Origin: Lingula anatina
Taxonomy: Eukaryota > Animalia > Brachiopoda
DNA: 64,000 nucleotides
Assembly: GCA_051362555.1 (NCBI GenBank)
Contig: CM120643.1
Coordinates: 19,286,848-19,350,847, forward strand
Direction: 5' to 3'
The position numbers and the translations under genes are program-made. The notes under the pieces are model-generated. The model did not search any database and had not been told where the DNA came from. It saw only the letters and a program-made list of their open reading frames with translations. Shown one piece after another: positions 24,354 to 38,428 of this stretch. Positions within the stretch are counted from its first letter, which is position 1; every line of letters starts with the position of its first letter.

Positions 24354-27300
24354 ATGTTGTTCAATTGTACTCGCCTCTTAAGGTAATGTAGACACTGTAC
24401 CTGTTGTGCTGTGACCTTCACGCTTTAAATTTCAGCAGGGGGGAAAACGTGATGCTGTTAACGCAGGTCGCTTTCATTCTGTATCCAGCATCCGTAGCGC
24501 TGTGCTGGCTATTGTTAAAAGACCAAACTTAATGTCAAGGCCACGACTTTGAGAACAATTAGAATCGGTCAAACGTTCTTGTGAAAAGTGACTTGTTATA
24601 AGAACGACAGATTTTGGTACTTTAGGTTCTTTTTTAACCGGTTGAAAATTCATGCCGTACACCGGCCGGTACGCTGTTTACCTACATTCGGCTGTCACCA
24701 TTATCGACTGACTCTAAAAAACCACAAAATACAACTCTTAAATAGCTTGCACTTGACCGCAGCAATGCAAAAAGCACGACCAAAACTGTTGTAGTATTTT
24801 TAACCATATATGATTTTTAAGAAGTCGTGTGCGCGTGGGGTAGATTAAAGCAAAACAATTCTTTCAGATATAGCGGCTGATATTAGGGGGGGAAATAAAC
24901 CAAAACTTGGTGTTATATGTGCAATCAACTCTCTGCTTCCATATGAAGTGAATGAAAGTTGTAGGGACAGTCACAGATAGAATTTTTCACTGTACTCGTG
25001 TCATTGGTTGTGTATTCTCACAGATTGCCTTTGGCGGAGAGTTGTTGGTTGGGTAGGGAGCTAGAGATTCCGTGGGCGGCGGGAGAGGACGATATCGATG
25101 TGATCGACTGAAGAAGGGAAGTCCTTGGCCCAAAAAGATAACCTTGAGATACTTCCCACGTTTCTGTAAGGTCGATATATTCACTGATCAGAATAACATG
25201 ATATAGGTAAACGGCTTTACTAAATGATCACGACTTATTTTACAAGGGCACGAAGCTATTCTTTGTACAGTAGGCCTATACGTGCACTGATTTGGGGGGG
25301 GGGGGGCGGATAGGAAGTAGTAGAATAGGCTTAAACTGAAATAATCAAAAGTTGAAAAAATAAGGAATGCAGACAATGGGACATGTACCCAGTTGAAATC
25401 ATTTAGTTTATTATAGCTACTGTGGAAGGCTTGTGAGGGGTTGGGGGGGTGGGGGTGGGAGGAGAGACGTCGGGATATAGAATGGTTCAGACCTACCTGC
25501 CATACTCGGCTGCATACTCAGACAGTTGAGTGCATGCATTAGTTTCCCTGACCTTTAACTCATTATCTTCTCAGGCCACATTTGTACAATGTAGTATGAT
25601 GCAATTAACCTTCAGATATACCACTACTTATGTTCAATAGGCCTTTTTTTAAATATCAACCTATTTTCAGATTTTTCTAAATATTTTTTTCTATTCCAGT
25701 AAAGAACCCCATTTTCAGAAATGTTGATAGATGTAGCAAACCTGTGCTATTTGCACTTTATATATAGCTCACTGTGAAATTTAAACTCAACATCCAAAAT
25801 GATGTTACAGAAAACACATGTAAACATTTTGAGTGGCAAATATTGTGTATTCATTGTATGCACAAAGGTTCAAGTTTGTTTGTTTGTTTTTTTTTTTAAT
25901 GCAACTTCACTGACAGTATTTTGTATTTTAAAAATGCCTTATGTCAATTTTCCTAGGCTGGGAACTATATGTTTCAGTTACCACAGGTAATCACTGTTAA
26001 GTAATGCAACCTTTACACAGACTTCATGTTTTGCTACCTGGCTATAAATCAGGCATATACTGGAGGGCAGGCAAAAAGAGCATCCAGTTCACATAAGATT
26101 TCACTTGGACCAGGTATATATAAAATTACCTGTACATACATGTACATTGAGAAATGTAACATAGCTAAAAATCAGCCATTTACTGGGATGCTGTCTAAAA
26201 GAGCAATTATCACATCAGTTTGAACTTAGATCAAGTGTGGGTTTAGATATGATCATTAATTAGCAAATTAATGTTAGTTATATGAACAATACAATACAAT
26301 ACAATACAATACAATACAATACAATACAATACAAATGGCAAACAATTTAAGTTGAAGTTTTAATATTAGCTTTGCAGCATAATCTTTCAAAGGTTGTTGT
26401 AGGCATAGTCCAACAATTAATATATTTCACAGCCCCCCCTTCCCCCAACCCTCACAGCTACATTCTGAAATCATTTTCTCTTGTTTGTACTGTTGGTGGA
26501 ATGTCCTAAGACAACCCTCAGTGCCTTATCAATGTTTATCTGTCTACATCTGCCATTTCAGTAGACCCAGCACAGACATAAGTAAGAACTGATGTGAGTG
26601 CAACCAAAATATATCCCAGATTTAGTGCAAGATGTTAACAGTGATTAACATTTTAAATGTTTGAAGCTTATTATTGTAAGAACCCCAAAAATCTGATGCA
26701 ATGTCCAGGAAAGGAAAAGAGATTTTATTGCTTTGAACATGCACTCACTAGTAAGGTTGATGTGTAATTCATTTATCCATCAATCCATTTATTTATCCCA
26801 TCCATTTATATGAATTTCTTGGTTAATTCTTCCTTTTCTTTTTGTTTATCGATCCATCCATTCATCAATTTCTGTATGCAGCATTTTAGTTTTGTTTTTT
26901 TAAACACACCATTAAAAAGAAAGGGGACAATTGATGCCATAATTCTGAATCCTACATTGATGCAAAAGTCTGATGCAATGATCAGCAGAGGGACGGAGAT
27001 TTATATCAGTTTGAATTATTCATGGTGTCGACACTTGTAAACATGTATGTGGTTAGTCTGTGATATATATATATATATACACTACCATTTTAAAGCTTAA
27101 AATATTGAGTCACATTTTTTCTTTGCTATTTTTCCTAATTTTCTTTGGAGCAGATTGACAGACGGACAGATAGAAAGATATATATGCTTTATTCGTACTT
27201 TCTGCACCAGACTGAGCTGGTAAAAATGTACAGAGATATAATAGAATTTTACCAGGTGCACAGTTCATTTCAGTTGGGATAAATTTTGCAGGCTTTTAAC

Positions 27301-29707
27301 CCCCCCCCCCCGCCATCCAGACAGACAGACAGCTGTTAATGCTGTGTTCCCCTACCACCCACCCTGCAGATATAATGGATGATGAAATATGTCTTTGCAA
27401 ATGCACAGGGGACTGCTTGTAATCTAACAGCTTAATTGCCCTTAACAAATCATTTCCTGAACTAATTCACAAGGTATTTTAATCAGTAGACTACTTTTAA
27501 TTTATAATAGCTTAATTTGCCTGAACATGTGTCATTTCCTGATTTTATTTTTACCTTTTTTTATACCATTTGAGGAACAATATACCTGCTGTTACTGGTC
27601 ATTTAACACAGTGACCCAATGGGACAGTGTGATTGGAATTTATTATTACAATGTAAAAGTTTCTTTTTATGATGCAGCTTTTGATATTGCTAAAATGCTG
27701 CACTCCACTTATTTTGTTTATTTATTTTTATGAACGAAGGCTCAATAGAGAGAAAAGTGGAGAACCTCTGCATACATGTAAAAGTTTGCAAACTTTATCC
27801 AAACTGAAATAAACTGTGCACCTGGTAAAATTCTATTTAAATTCCCATTGTGTTAAGGTATGATTTCATTAAAATTCCATCTTTTTCTTTATTTATCATT
27901 ATTATTTGGTGGGTGGGTGGGGGATTCATAAAACTTGTAAGATGTATCATTTTAATTTATTATAACCCCATACTGTCTTACTTAAGGGCATATTGAAGAA
28001 ACTATAATTAAGACACTGATTAAGAGGCCAAACTGACATAAAGGCTACATTCAAAATTCTCTGGGCTTGTGAAATATGATCTACATATAGGATATCAGGA
28101 TCTAATTAACGACCTGTGAATTATAAGTAAGGGACTATGGGTCTGAAATGGCATGTGAAATATAACCTAGGGCCTATGATATATAGTACAGTGGTAGATG
28201 ATAGTGGCATATGTAATAAACATGTAAGATGTAATATTATGAAATATTACACGATTGCCTGGGATCTGTTGAATATAATTAAAGACTTCCAGTGAATAAT
28301 TCTCATTCTTGCTGGTGTGTTATACAATCTAATGTGGGTGTTTTGCATGCACCTGTATTACTGGCCTCAGGCTCTAGCTGAGATCTGTAGCAAAATTTTG
28401 GGATTTATACACATATGTTCATACATACAAGCTTGCACACACACACATATACACACTCACATATGTGGACATACATGCATATTGCACACACACACACACA
28501 CACACAGATTCATGCACTTGTCACAGACGTGGGGAAAAATGTGAAAAAACTGGAGACAAAAACTTAAAGCTTACCCTGCCTGTTAATATATATTGTCCTA
28601 ATATATTTTTTCACAATTTTTGTCTACCACTAAATAACCAGTTTAAACTGTTAAATGTCATTTTGAACACTAATGTTTCTACATGAGACTATGTAAACAA
28701 TTGTCATATAATTGATAAAATGAGAAATTAATACAAATGAAACAAAAATAGATAAATAAAAAATGTATTAAAATAATATCATATATTTTATGATATATAA
28801 ATCAGACGAAAAAATACCCAGCCCTGTTAAAACTACCCATGTATATCATCTGCAGGGCTATATTATGCAGATGATATTCACCTGGACCAGCATGCATGCA
28901 CTAGCTGTTTGCTCTTCTTCCAGAGTCCAAAGTCCACGTCCTAGAGACAACCTTGTCCTACAAAGCCGCTAATTTGACCTTACAAAATCAATCTATTTAC
29001 TAAAAACATGGTTTCAACACTTATCCACTGTGTACTTTCAAAATATAAGAGTTTTCAGGTTAAATTGCAATGGTAAATTTTACTGGTGGGTACTTGAAAA
29101 GGTGTTTGTCGGAGGGGGGGGGGGGAGTTAGGAGACGGGGGTCAGTTGGTACATGCACAAATTTTGGGCAGGGCTTTGATTTACAATGCAAAAAGAATAA
29201 ATAGCCTAGACCTGGCAGATTTTTTAATACATGAGGCATATCAATTATTTTAAAAACACTGTGTACTCTGATATTTGAACATGCAAGTTAACTATAGTAT
29301 CAACAGCAGTTTGGGATGCCATGGTTTATGTTATCAGCGTGGTTAGTAAAGGTTGCTAGGTGAACAGGCATTAACAGTGGCGATGAGGTCCACTGAAAGT
29401 ACAAGCTGAAGCTGACATTAAGTCATATAATCATGTATCCTTTCTATCAAAATAGATATGAAAAATTATTACAAGGAGGCAGCTAGGGGGAGGAGAATGA
29501 ATAAAATCTATAATTATAGTTGAATTTTGGCTTGAATGAGGATATTAAATAATGAAATGTATCACAGTACTTGGTTATAACCTGTTGTTATAAACAGGTG
29601 GCTAAATTTACAGGTTTTGTCTTGTACCAACACTTAGAACTGCATAAGGACAATGCATGCTTGATAGGCTAATCATCTTCAAATGCTGAATAAAATATCT
29701 TTCACCC

Positions 29708-29761
<54 letters not shown>

Positions 29762-32700
29762 ATCGATGCCATATACTTTCTACCAGGAGCCATTTGGGAG
29801 ATAATTACATCAATTTTGCTTATTAATTTTCAAAATTTCTTGCTGGACAGTACAAAAATGTGTACAGAAGAATCCAGGGAAATACCTGTGAATTTCTAGT
29901 AAACAATTTTAAATACCTCTGCAGCCTGGTAGAGGTTATAGCAAACACCGTTTTAACTTTCGCCATACATAAGTACCTGTAATCCTAATCTTAACCCCCC
30001 CCCCCTCCCTCCAGTTCCGCGTTAATTACCAAGCATGAATTGTTCACCCTGGAGTTCAGGTGCGCTCAAAGGCCAGTTACATAACAGTGTAACAATAAAC
30101 CTTGTCATTTAGGGGAAAGACACACACTGCCAATGGCCAGGTTTATTGCTGTGGTTCAAAGGTCAGTTTCACCGATCTGTATGTTTTGTTGGTATCCAAC
30201 CTGGCCAGCTAAAATGAAATCACCCCGGTAAGCTGGGGACGATGTTTGGTTTGTTTACAGTTTATTTTCAGCTAGCTGTTCCAGAAACGTGAATTCCGTG
30301 CATGTTTATCAAATCCAGTTGCTATAAATGATTTACGCATTAACCGGTTTATTTGGGCCAGAATTGAGTATGTTGAAGATTTTACGTCAAGGATTGTTGT
30401 TGTGCAGTGTCATTCGTTTCTCCTTGAGGGTCGCTACATTATTCATCAAGGTCACTCCTTGACCAATAGAATTGCTTCTTACCCACACACCTCCACCGCC
30501 CAAACCAATCAAATTCCTCCATTTGCGTCACACCTCCAACAGCCCATGCGCGGCTGTATAAATTGTTGAACTTGCATCAGCGACAAATATTCTTCGTTCG
30601 CTGTGTAACCTTGAGAAAAAACCTGGAGGGACCATCAAGACAGTAAAAATCTTACGTTTATTCCTTTAGAGTGTTGTGATATCGTTTTGAATCACACAAC
30701 CGGACCAAAATGCCGCCAGCACCACCGGAGAAGATGTAAGTAAACTGCAGTGATTCTCTTGGTTCGTACGTTCATTCATTCGGTCACCGGCACAGATATT
30801 GCGCGGCTCGTCGTATCAAGGGCGTGGCACAATGTGGCCAAAGATCCGTTTTGTAACGAACAAATCTGTCGAGCTGACATATTAACTTTTACGAGCACAA
30901 AGCTTAAATATCAGAGGTCGGCTCAAATATAGAGAAATTTAAAATTACCGAATAATTACATGGGGAATTCAAATCCGGTTTCATTAGAAAGTTGATCTTC
31001 TTAAGGCTGGAACAATCACAAATCCGTTTGGAGATTGAGTCCTCGCTGAAATGTTCCATACTCTTTCAATATATTGTTGTTGTGACTATATATTACTGTG
31101 ACTTAAAGCTATAAACGCCGACTTTTCATATGCGACTCAAGGGTGCGGTGCGTTTTAAAAGCGCCTTTATCCATAGCGTAAAATCCTTATCATAAATTCA
31201 CAATACAAGTCAGGAGATAGAAACATCGGGCCTCAGGTACTAATTTTCATTCATCTCTACAAGCTATTTGTCATGCTCTGTAGCAGTCAATTATCAGTGT
31301 CCTCACGAAGAGAGGCAACGAGCGAAAAAATACCTTCAGTGAGATGACAATATTGACTTCCGCGTGCATCTGTGTTAATTAGAATCGTAAGAGCTAAATA
31401 GAGTTATACAATAACGCCTGGCGTGTATGAATGTGTATTAAATTAATATTTTATGAACGCGCAGCACTTATTTATAATGTATGCGTTTGGTTTTTGCTAT
31501 GACGAGACCGATCTTCTTAATATATTGGCCTGCAGATTTGCACAGTGAGTTGTCGGCGGACGCGAATCCTGAAAACAGCTGATCATAATCAAATGCACCT
31601 ACGATCCGGCGGTAATTGAGTACATGTTGAACTGGAAAATGTTAACTCGTGTGGTCTGTGTATATTAGTAACCTGTAAACATATTAATTCTGGACGAAAG
31701 GGCCACTTCTACCTTACAAAGGAAATCGATATTTTAAGTATACTTCTGACCGCATATGCGCGTAAACAATGCGTGACGTCATAGGTGAAAAGGTCACATG
31801 TTTGAGAGGCGTCATTGTCACGATTGTCTGCTCTCAGCCAATTAGATCGTTTGTAGGCCGCAACACCTCCAGACAGCTGCGGTTGTGCGGTGTCCAAATG
31901 GAGTTGACATAGCATGTGTGACGATTGTGCAGATAACGAGTTAGTTACTGGGATTTTTTTAAAATTATTACTGTTATTATTATTCAAGAATACTAAGTGG
32001 CGATGAAAAAACAAAACTTTATTTTTATTATTTGGTGTTAATCTTTTTGACATCGAGAGCCTTGACAGTGAATAGCTGCTTAGAAAAATAATGGAATATT
32101 GGATTAAGATGTTGATAGATTACATTTTTATTTCAGAATTTCTTTTGGTGAATAAAATTATTTTGACCAATTTCTCATTTGTACGTTAAATAACTGGTGA
32201 TATTTAAGATCTTTTTAGCATGATGCCCTGGTTGTACTACAACACCATGTGCATAAACAGATTTCGCTTAAACCTTTTGTACTGATCCAGAATATAAAAC
32301 CTGTTTTCGTTAAATGGATAAAAAATTACCAAAGTTTAACTTATTACAATTCATTTATATTTGAATGATTTTTTATTCAAGGTGTCCTTATTTCTTTTTT
32401 TCAGATCCTCTGTAGGGATCTTGAAACAGATTTCTTCAGGAATTGGACAAAAACCTCTCAATGGCTTCACAGCAACGACAAATTTAAAATCAGTGAGAAC
32501 TTTGTCAGTTGTTCAGGGAGATCTCAGTAGACTGCCCCAGCATGTAACAGAGTATATCACAGAAAAGTCAAAGATTTGTCAGCCATCAAATATTCATATC
32601 TGTGATGGAAGTGAAGAAGAGAATAAAAAACTTTTAGACATTTTACAAAAAGATGGGATGATCAAACCCCTGAAGAAATATGAAAACTGGTGAGTGGAAA

Positions 32701-33177
32701 TGGAAGGTTTTATACCCCATCCAAAATGTGTGTTGCATAGATTCTTTAAATGATCCCAGCGTAATCAAATAAATTCATTTCAGTTAAGCAATTGCAAAAG
32801 TTGACCAGTTTTTCAGTTCTGTTATGACAGCTTTACTAATGATACTATTTTTTTCTTACTTTCTGTTGCATAAGTTATATAACTTATAAACTTGTATGCA
32901 TGATTACTGAAATCCATTCCTAAATATATGGACATTAAGCGTTATTTCTCTCCAGCTGGTTGGCGTGCACAGATCCAGCAGATGTGGCGAGGGTGGAGAG
33001 CAAGACTGTGATCTCAACCACCAACCGCAGAGACACCATTCCCACGACAGCTGAGGGCGTCAAGGGTCAGCTAGGTCAGTGGATGTCACCGGATGACCTA
33101 CAGAGGGCGCTAGGGGAGAGATTTCCAGGCTGTATGAAAGGTACTACATGTGTATTATTCATTAATTATTATTATTA

Positions 33178-33229
<52 letters not shown>

Positions 33230-34827
33230 GAGTTTATCCTCTTCATTAATGTTTTTCATCATGCAAATTTACAGTTGTCATTAAGCTTGTTAATTTTGTT
33301 ACTTAGTTATGAATACATAAATATATTTATTTGATATTTCAGGCCGCACAATGTATGTGATTCCATTCAGTATGGGCCCAGTTGGGTCTCCCTTGTCTAA
33401 GATCGGCATACAGTTGACAGACTCACCGTATGTTGTTGCGAGCATGCGCATCATGACACGCATAGGCACAGCTGTGATAGACACCCTTGGCAACGCAGAC
33501 TTCGTCAAATGTTTACACTCCATTGGTGCTCCTTTGCCTCTTACCAGTAAGGAAAACATTTTTACTCATTTTCTTAGATTAAACTCTATATTACTTTGGT
33601 AACTATTTCAGTAGATTATCATTTCTGTTTTAATATCAATTATTTTCTAACATCACAAAAGCCATTTAGTGTAAATGCTTCCAGTTGGTTATGTGATCAA
33701 TAATAATTTCATCGCAAAGTACTTATTAAGTCAGACATAAATGTACGTGGAAAGATTAATGATAGTTCATAATTGATCTTTTGGATTCAAAAATACATAC
33801 GCATTTCAAATTAATAAACTCTTTCAAGTTTATGTCTAATTGGAACATTCCTTGTCTGATATTTCATTTTGAAATTGTATAGAGTGCATACATTACTATA
33901 ACTGGCATATTGTCATATTCAGGACCTCTGAAGAACAACTGGCCATGCCACCCTGAGAAGGTACTGGTCTCTCATCTCCCAGATAATAACGAGATCATCT
34001 CCTACGGCAGCGGCTATGGCGGCAACTCTCTCCTGGGGAAGAAATGTTTCGCCTTGAGATTGGGCAGCATTATAGCTCGGGATGAGGGCTGGCTGGCAGA
34101 ACACATGCTGGTTAGTGGCGAGATTTATCTATTTATTTATTTACTATGTTTTTGTATGTAACAAAGCAAAAGTTTTTTAATGCCATTGGGTATTCAGAAG
34201 ATTTTGTATAAGATTTGAGCACATGTGAACACAAAACGTATTCGATTGATAAAGAAGCTTTATTAGCAGGTATTCCATCATATTTGTGTTTTTTCTAAGC
34301 AATGCACTTTCTTATGCACATGTTAGGAATTAAAAACGTTCCCTTAATATTTTTTGTTATGAGCATCATTTGTTTATATTTCAATATAACATAAAGGTGT
34401 GTGATTATTTTAAATGATATTTCATTCATTCAACATTTTTATCACCAATCAGATTCTTGGCATCACCAACCCCGCTGGGAAGAAGAAATACATTGCAGCA
34501 GCATTCCCCAGTGCATGTGGTAAAACCAACCTGGCCATGATGAACCCTACGCTCCCGGGGTACAAGATCGAGTGCGTGGGTGACGACATTGCCTGGATGA
34601 GATTTGATGACCAGGGGCAGCTGCGTGCTATCAACCCAGAAGCAGGCTTCTTTGGTGTGGCGCCCGGTAAGATATTGCTGATTGATTTATTTTTGTAAAG
34701 TTGTCTTTCAAGCCTAAATGATATGTGTCATCCAAGGTATAGGTAGGCGTGATTGCAAGATAGTGATTTATAAGCCTATAATTGTTTAAAATCATATGTC
34801 TATGCAAGTAGTCCATGTAGAAATGGG

Positions 34828-34859
<32 letters not shown>

Positions 34860-36671
34860 TATACGGTTTCATACACTAATTTTATATTTTAAAACAAGAA
34901 GGAATTAATGCAGTTTTTCCAAAAAAAAAAAAAAAGGAAAAAGAGCTTTTCTTTTCATCTTAATGGGTTTACCAATTCAATTTTGTCATCAAAATACCTT
35001 GAGTATTTATGTTATTTAGTAGCATTTCTGTTTTGATTTTCATCTTTTTGAACTTTTATATTAAGAAGTAATAAATTAATGACAAAAATCTTTGGATGGC
35101 TGTTTCAGGAACATCCAATAAAACCAACCCCAATGCTATGGCAACCATCAGGAAGAACACAATCTTCACCAACGTCGCAGAGACCAGTGATGGTGGTGTC
35201 TGGTGGGAGGACATCAACGAGGATCCAGCAGAGGGAGTCACCATCACCTCCTGGCTAGGCCAGGAGAACTGGACAAAGGACAGTGGGAAACCTGCAGCAC
35301 ACCCCAACTCCAGGTAAGATTGTGTTCATGGGCACACCTAACACAATGCTGAGATTGTTCATTGACACACATAACACAACCTTCATTTTTCCCATTTACA
35401 GTTTATTGCAACAAACGGGGAACCCAACTCTCTTTGTGACAGTTATGAAAAAAATGTATCGGAACTGATAATCTTAAATAAGTTCAGTTTAAATCAACTA
35501 ATAACAGTTGTTGAGATTTACAGGAATACAAACACAAGTAAAACTCCAACATATTGAAGAAATTCAACCAGTTCCAATTCAAATATTTCCAATTTTATAT
35601 CTTTCTGTTAAACTGACATATTCCAATAAAATATCTTTCAGGTTCTGCACCCCTGCCTCCCAATGTCCCATCATAGACCCCAACTGGGAGTCTTCAGAAG
35701 GCGTACCAATCGAAGCAATAATCTTTGGTGGCAGGAGACCAGAAGGAGTTCCCCTTGTGTACGAGACCTTCAGCTGGCGCCATGGAGTATTTGTGGGCAG
35801 CGCCATGAGATCAGAGGCCACAGCTGCCGCTGAACACAAAGGTGAATTTAAATTAAATTAAATTTTGTCATCTTTGGATGTCATGGTTTAATTGTATGTG
35901 GAGCTGAATATGCCATAAACAAGTAGGGAAGCATTAGATGCATTTGAGTTTTTTGTGGAAGTTTGTTTTCTATTAAAGAGTAGTGTAGAACATTCAACTA
36001 AGTTTTAGGAATGCAAGAGAGAAAATTATTTTCAGCCAATAAAATAGAATTCCAGTCACAGTTAAGATAAAAAATGCATTGATTTTCCTGATTGCACATC
36101 CAGATTGAACTGAACATCATATTAAATATTTCAAGTAAAAAAAAAATTATTAAAATACTAAAACTAATAATTTTAATTTTTGCTTCCAGCCAAGGTCCTG
36201 ATGCATGATCCTTTTGCCATGCGTCCATTCTTTGGCTACAACTTCGGCCATTATCTGAAACACTGGCTCAGTATGGAGCAGAAACCTGGTGTACATATCC
36301 CAAAGATCTACCACGTTAACTGGTTCCGTAAGGGACAGGACGGCAAGTTCCTCTGGCCAGGATTTGGTGAAAATACCCGTGTTTTGGACTGGATCTTCCG
36401 TCGTCTGGATGGAGAGGACTGCGCCATGGAAACGCCTATTGGTCTGGTGCCAAAAGATAACTCTCTAAACCTTGAAGGCTTGAAAGATAAAGTCGATTTG
36501 GATGCCCTGTTTAACATCCCACGAGAGTTTTGGCTAGATGAAGTGGAGGCCATTCGTAAATACTACTATGAGCAAGTCAATGATGATCTTCCTGATGAGA
36601 TTGCAGAAGAGCTGAATGCTCTGCATGATCGTGTTTCAGCCATGCGTGAAGCAAGCGCTTCTCAGCTATAG
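24354..36671 (+). CDS. PCK: Phosphoenolpyruvate carboxykinase [GTP], isoform with mitochondrial-type N-terminus (first exon 1A)
   Basis: Exon 1A 24354-24382 (MLFNCTRLL+ag|gtaatg, phase 2) joins 32405-32689, 32956-33140, 33343-33546, 33923-34110, 34453-34666, 35109-35313, 35642-35841 and 36190-36671. Motifs: [66 protein letters not shown]. Confidence in the body is ~0.97; the first exon is less certain. Confidence 0.9.
26287..26333. repeat. (CAATA)n microsatellite
   Basis: Directly visible. Confidence 0.95.
27240..27837. mobile_element. MITE-like element (~600 bp) with ~57-bp imperfect TIRs in PEPCK intron 1
   Basis: AATAGAATTTTACCAGGTGCACAGTTcATTTCAGTTgGGATAAAtTTTGCA at 27240 is the reverse complement of ~27781-27837. 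No unambiguous TSD. Confidence 0.7.
30150..30565 (+). promoter_or_regulatory. Putative internal PEPCK promoter upstream of exon 1B
   Basis: TATAAA 30557-30562; CCAAT 30463 and 30505; GC box 30496; CRE-like TTACGTCA 30382 and TTGCGTCA 30523; DR1 GGTTCAaAGGTCA 30153-30165; TGTTTAC 30252; TCAAGGTCA 30446. The region is locally CpG-rich. Confidence 0.65.
30710..30735 (+). CDS. PEPCK alternative first coding exon 1B (MPPAPPEK...)
   Basis: Good Kozak context (caaaATGc) and a consensus donor (at|GTAAGT). It is phase 2, matching the acceptor at 32405, and lies ~150 bp downstream of a TATA box. Confidence 0.65.
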
Positions 36672-37880
36672 ACATAAGTGATCTGGTTAGACTAATAGAG
36701 AGGAAAGTGACATTTTATTTTGCATTCTCATTTCAGCTTGGATTTGCATTATAAAGATAAATGAGCATGGCATATTTTTTATGGAAGGAGTTAATGTCCT
36801 TATTTTGAGGATTTATATATTGCACAATATAGAACTTGACACAGAGAACACAGAGATGAAACCCTTCACTGTATGTGGAGATTGAAAGGTTCTTTGTGTC
36901 GATCCTTTGGATACCAAATTTCAGGGCTATATATTACAATTTTCCATGAAAAGTCAGTTTGCAGCAGAGTGGAAAGACACTTGGGATTCTTTTTATGTGA
37001 TACTAGTATTTTGAAAGTGTTTTAACTTTTAAGAAAAGTGTGTGTTTAAGATTTTGTGCACCAGAACATTTTGTTTTTCAGTTTTAAACAGATCCAGTTG
37101 TGGTCTTATAATAACAAATTTTTAGATTTTAACCCCAAATCATGAAATCTTCAACACAGACTGGGTTCATGTTTTGAGAGCAATAATATTTTATTAAGAT
37201 TCCAAATTTATATATCTCTGAATATAGACACACATAGACTTCACACATAAATTCTTACATTTTATACATATGAATATTAATTTATATGATACATTATATA
37301 TATATTTGTAAATACTCCATTACATCGTTGAATATTGATTGCAATTTGAGCTGCTTGTTACAAGTTGGAAATTTCAAAATATAGCATATATGTATACGGG
37401 GATGGAGAGTGAATTAGGGCAGCTTGAATAATTTTTAAATAAATATATGTGTACAGTAACATTTCAATGCAGATACTTACATCAAATATTATCATGTAAA
37501 AGTCAACTTTAAGACTCAGAAGGTACTGGGAAAAGTAACCTTGAAGCTTTTTATTTCTACTTCTCAGTTTAGTATCATGCACCAAGGGAAAGTTTGTTTC
37601 TGAGGAATAAATCATATTTTACATAAATATTTTATTTGTTGTGGCTTACTGCAAAGCTGGTAGAATCATACTGTGTCATTTTAGCAGTTTTCATTTCGAT
37701 GGGGAACCTCACAATCGAAGTCTGCAACTCTTATTTACAAAGCACCTTTTTTGTATGGCTACAATTATAATTGATCAAAATATACATATAAATTTTGGAT
37801 TTGCTGGTAGAATCAAACTGCACCATTCTGCAATTAAAGATGCCAGCAACATAAAGCATATTTTCCAATTGATGTCCTAT

Positions 37881-37883
<3 letters not shown>

Positions 37884-37952
<69 letters not shown>
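37884..37952. repeat. (TA)n microsatellite, left flank of the Penelope insertion; the right flank is (TA)n at 39049-39107
   Basis: Directly visible. Confidence 0.95.
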
Positions 37953-37959
<7 letters not shown>

Positions 37960-38428
37960 TGAAAACGTTTTTCCTGTACGAGTAATATTTTATATAATAA
38001 TTTCTGTACTCGTATTGTTGAGGTTTCCACATATGTCCTGGAATTGTTTTCAAATTTTGCTTTTGTTAAAATTTGCTTTAGTGATGGACTTTGTCTCTTA
38101 CTCTTTATAATCTGCATTTCGGTTAGTATCTCATTCATTTTGTCATCTTGTTTTACCAAAGGTAAGTTTCCAGTTATGACCTTATGTATTTCCGGATTTT
38201 TTGGATTATATGTTGATATGTACGGTATGGCTTCCTTTTTAATTTTAATTTTGTCTTTGGTGGTCCTCAGGTCGTTCTTCGGTATCTGTTTTGCCTTTTT
38301 AATCCCAGTTTGTATCAGTTGTCTTGGGTATTGTCTCCTTAATAGGAATCCTTCCAGCTCTTTGAGCCTTTGTTTTAATGTGGTTTCATTAAACAAAAGC
38401 AAAATTTGAAAACAATTCCAGGACATAT

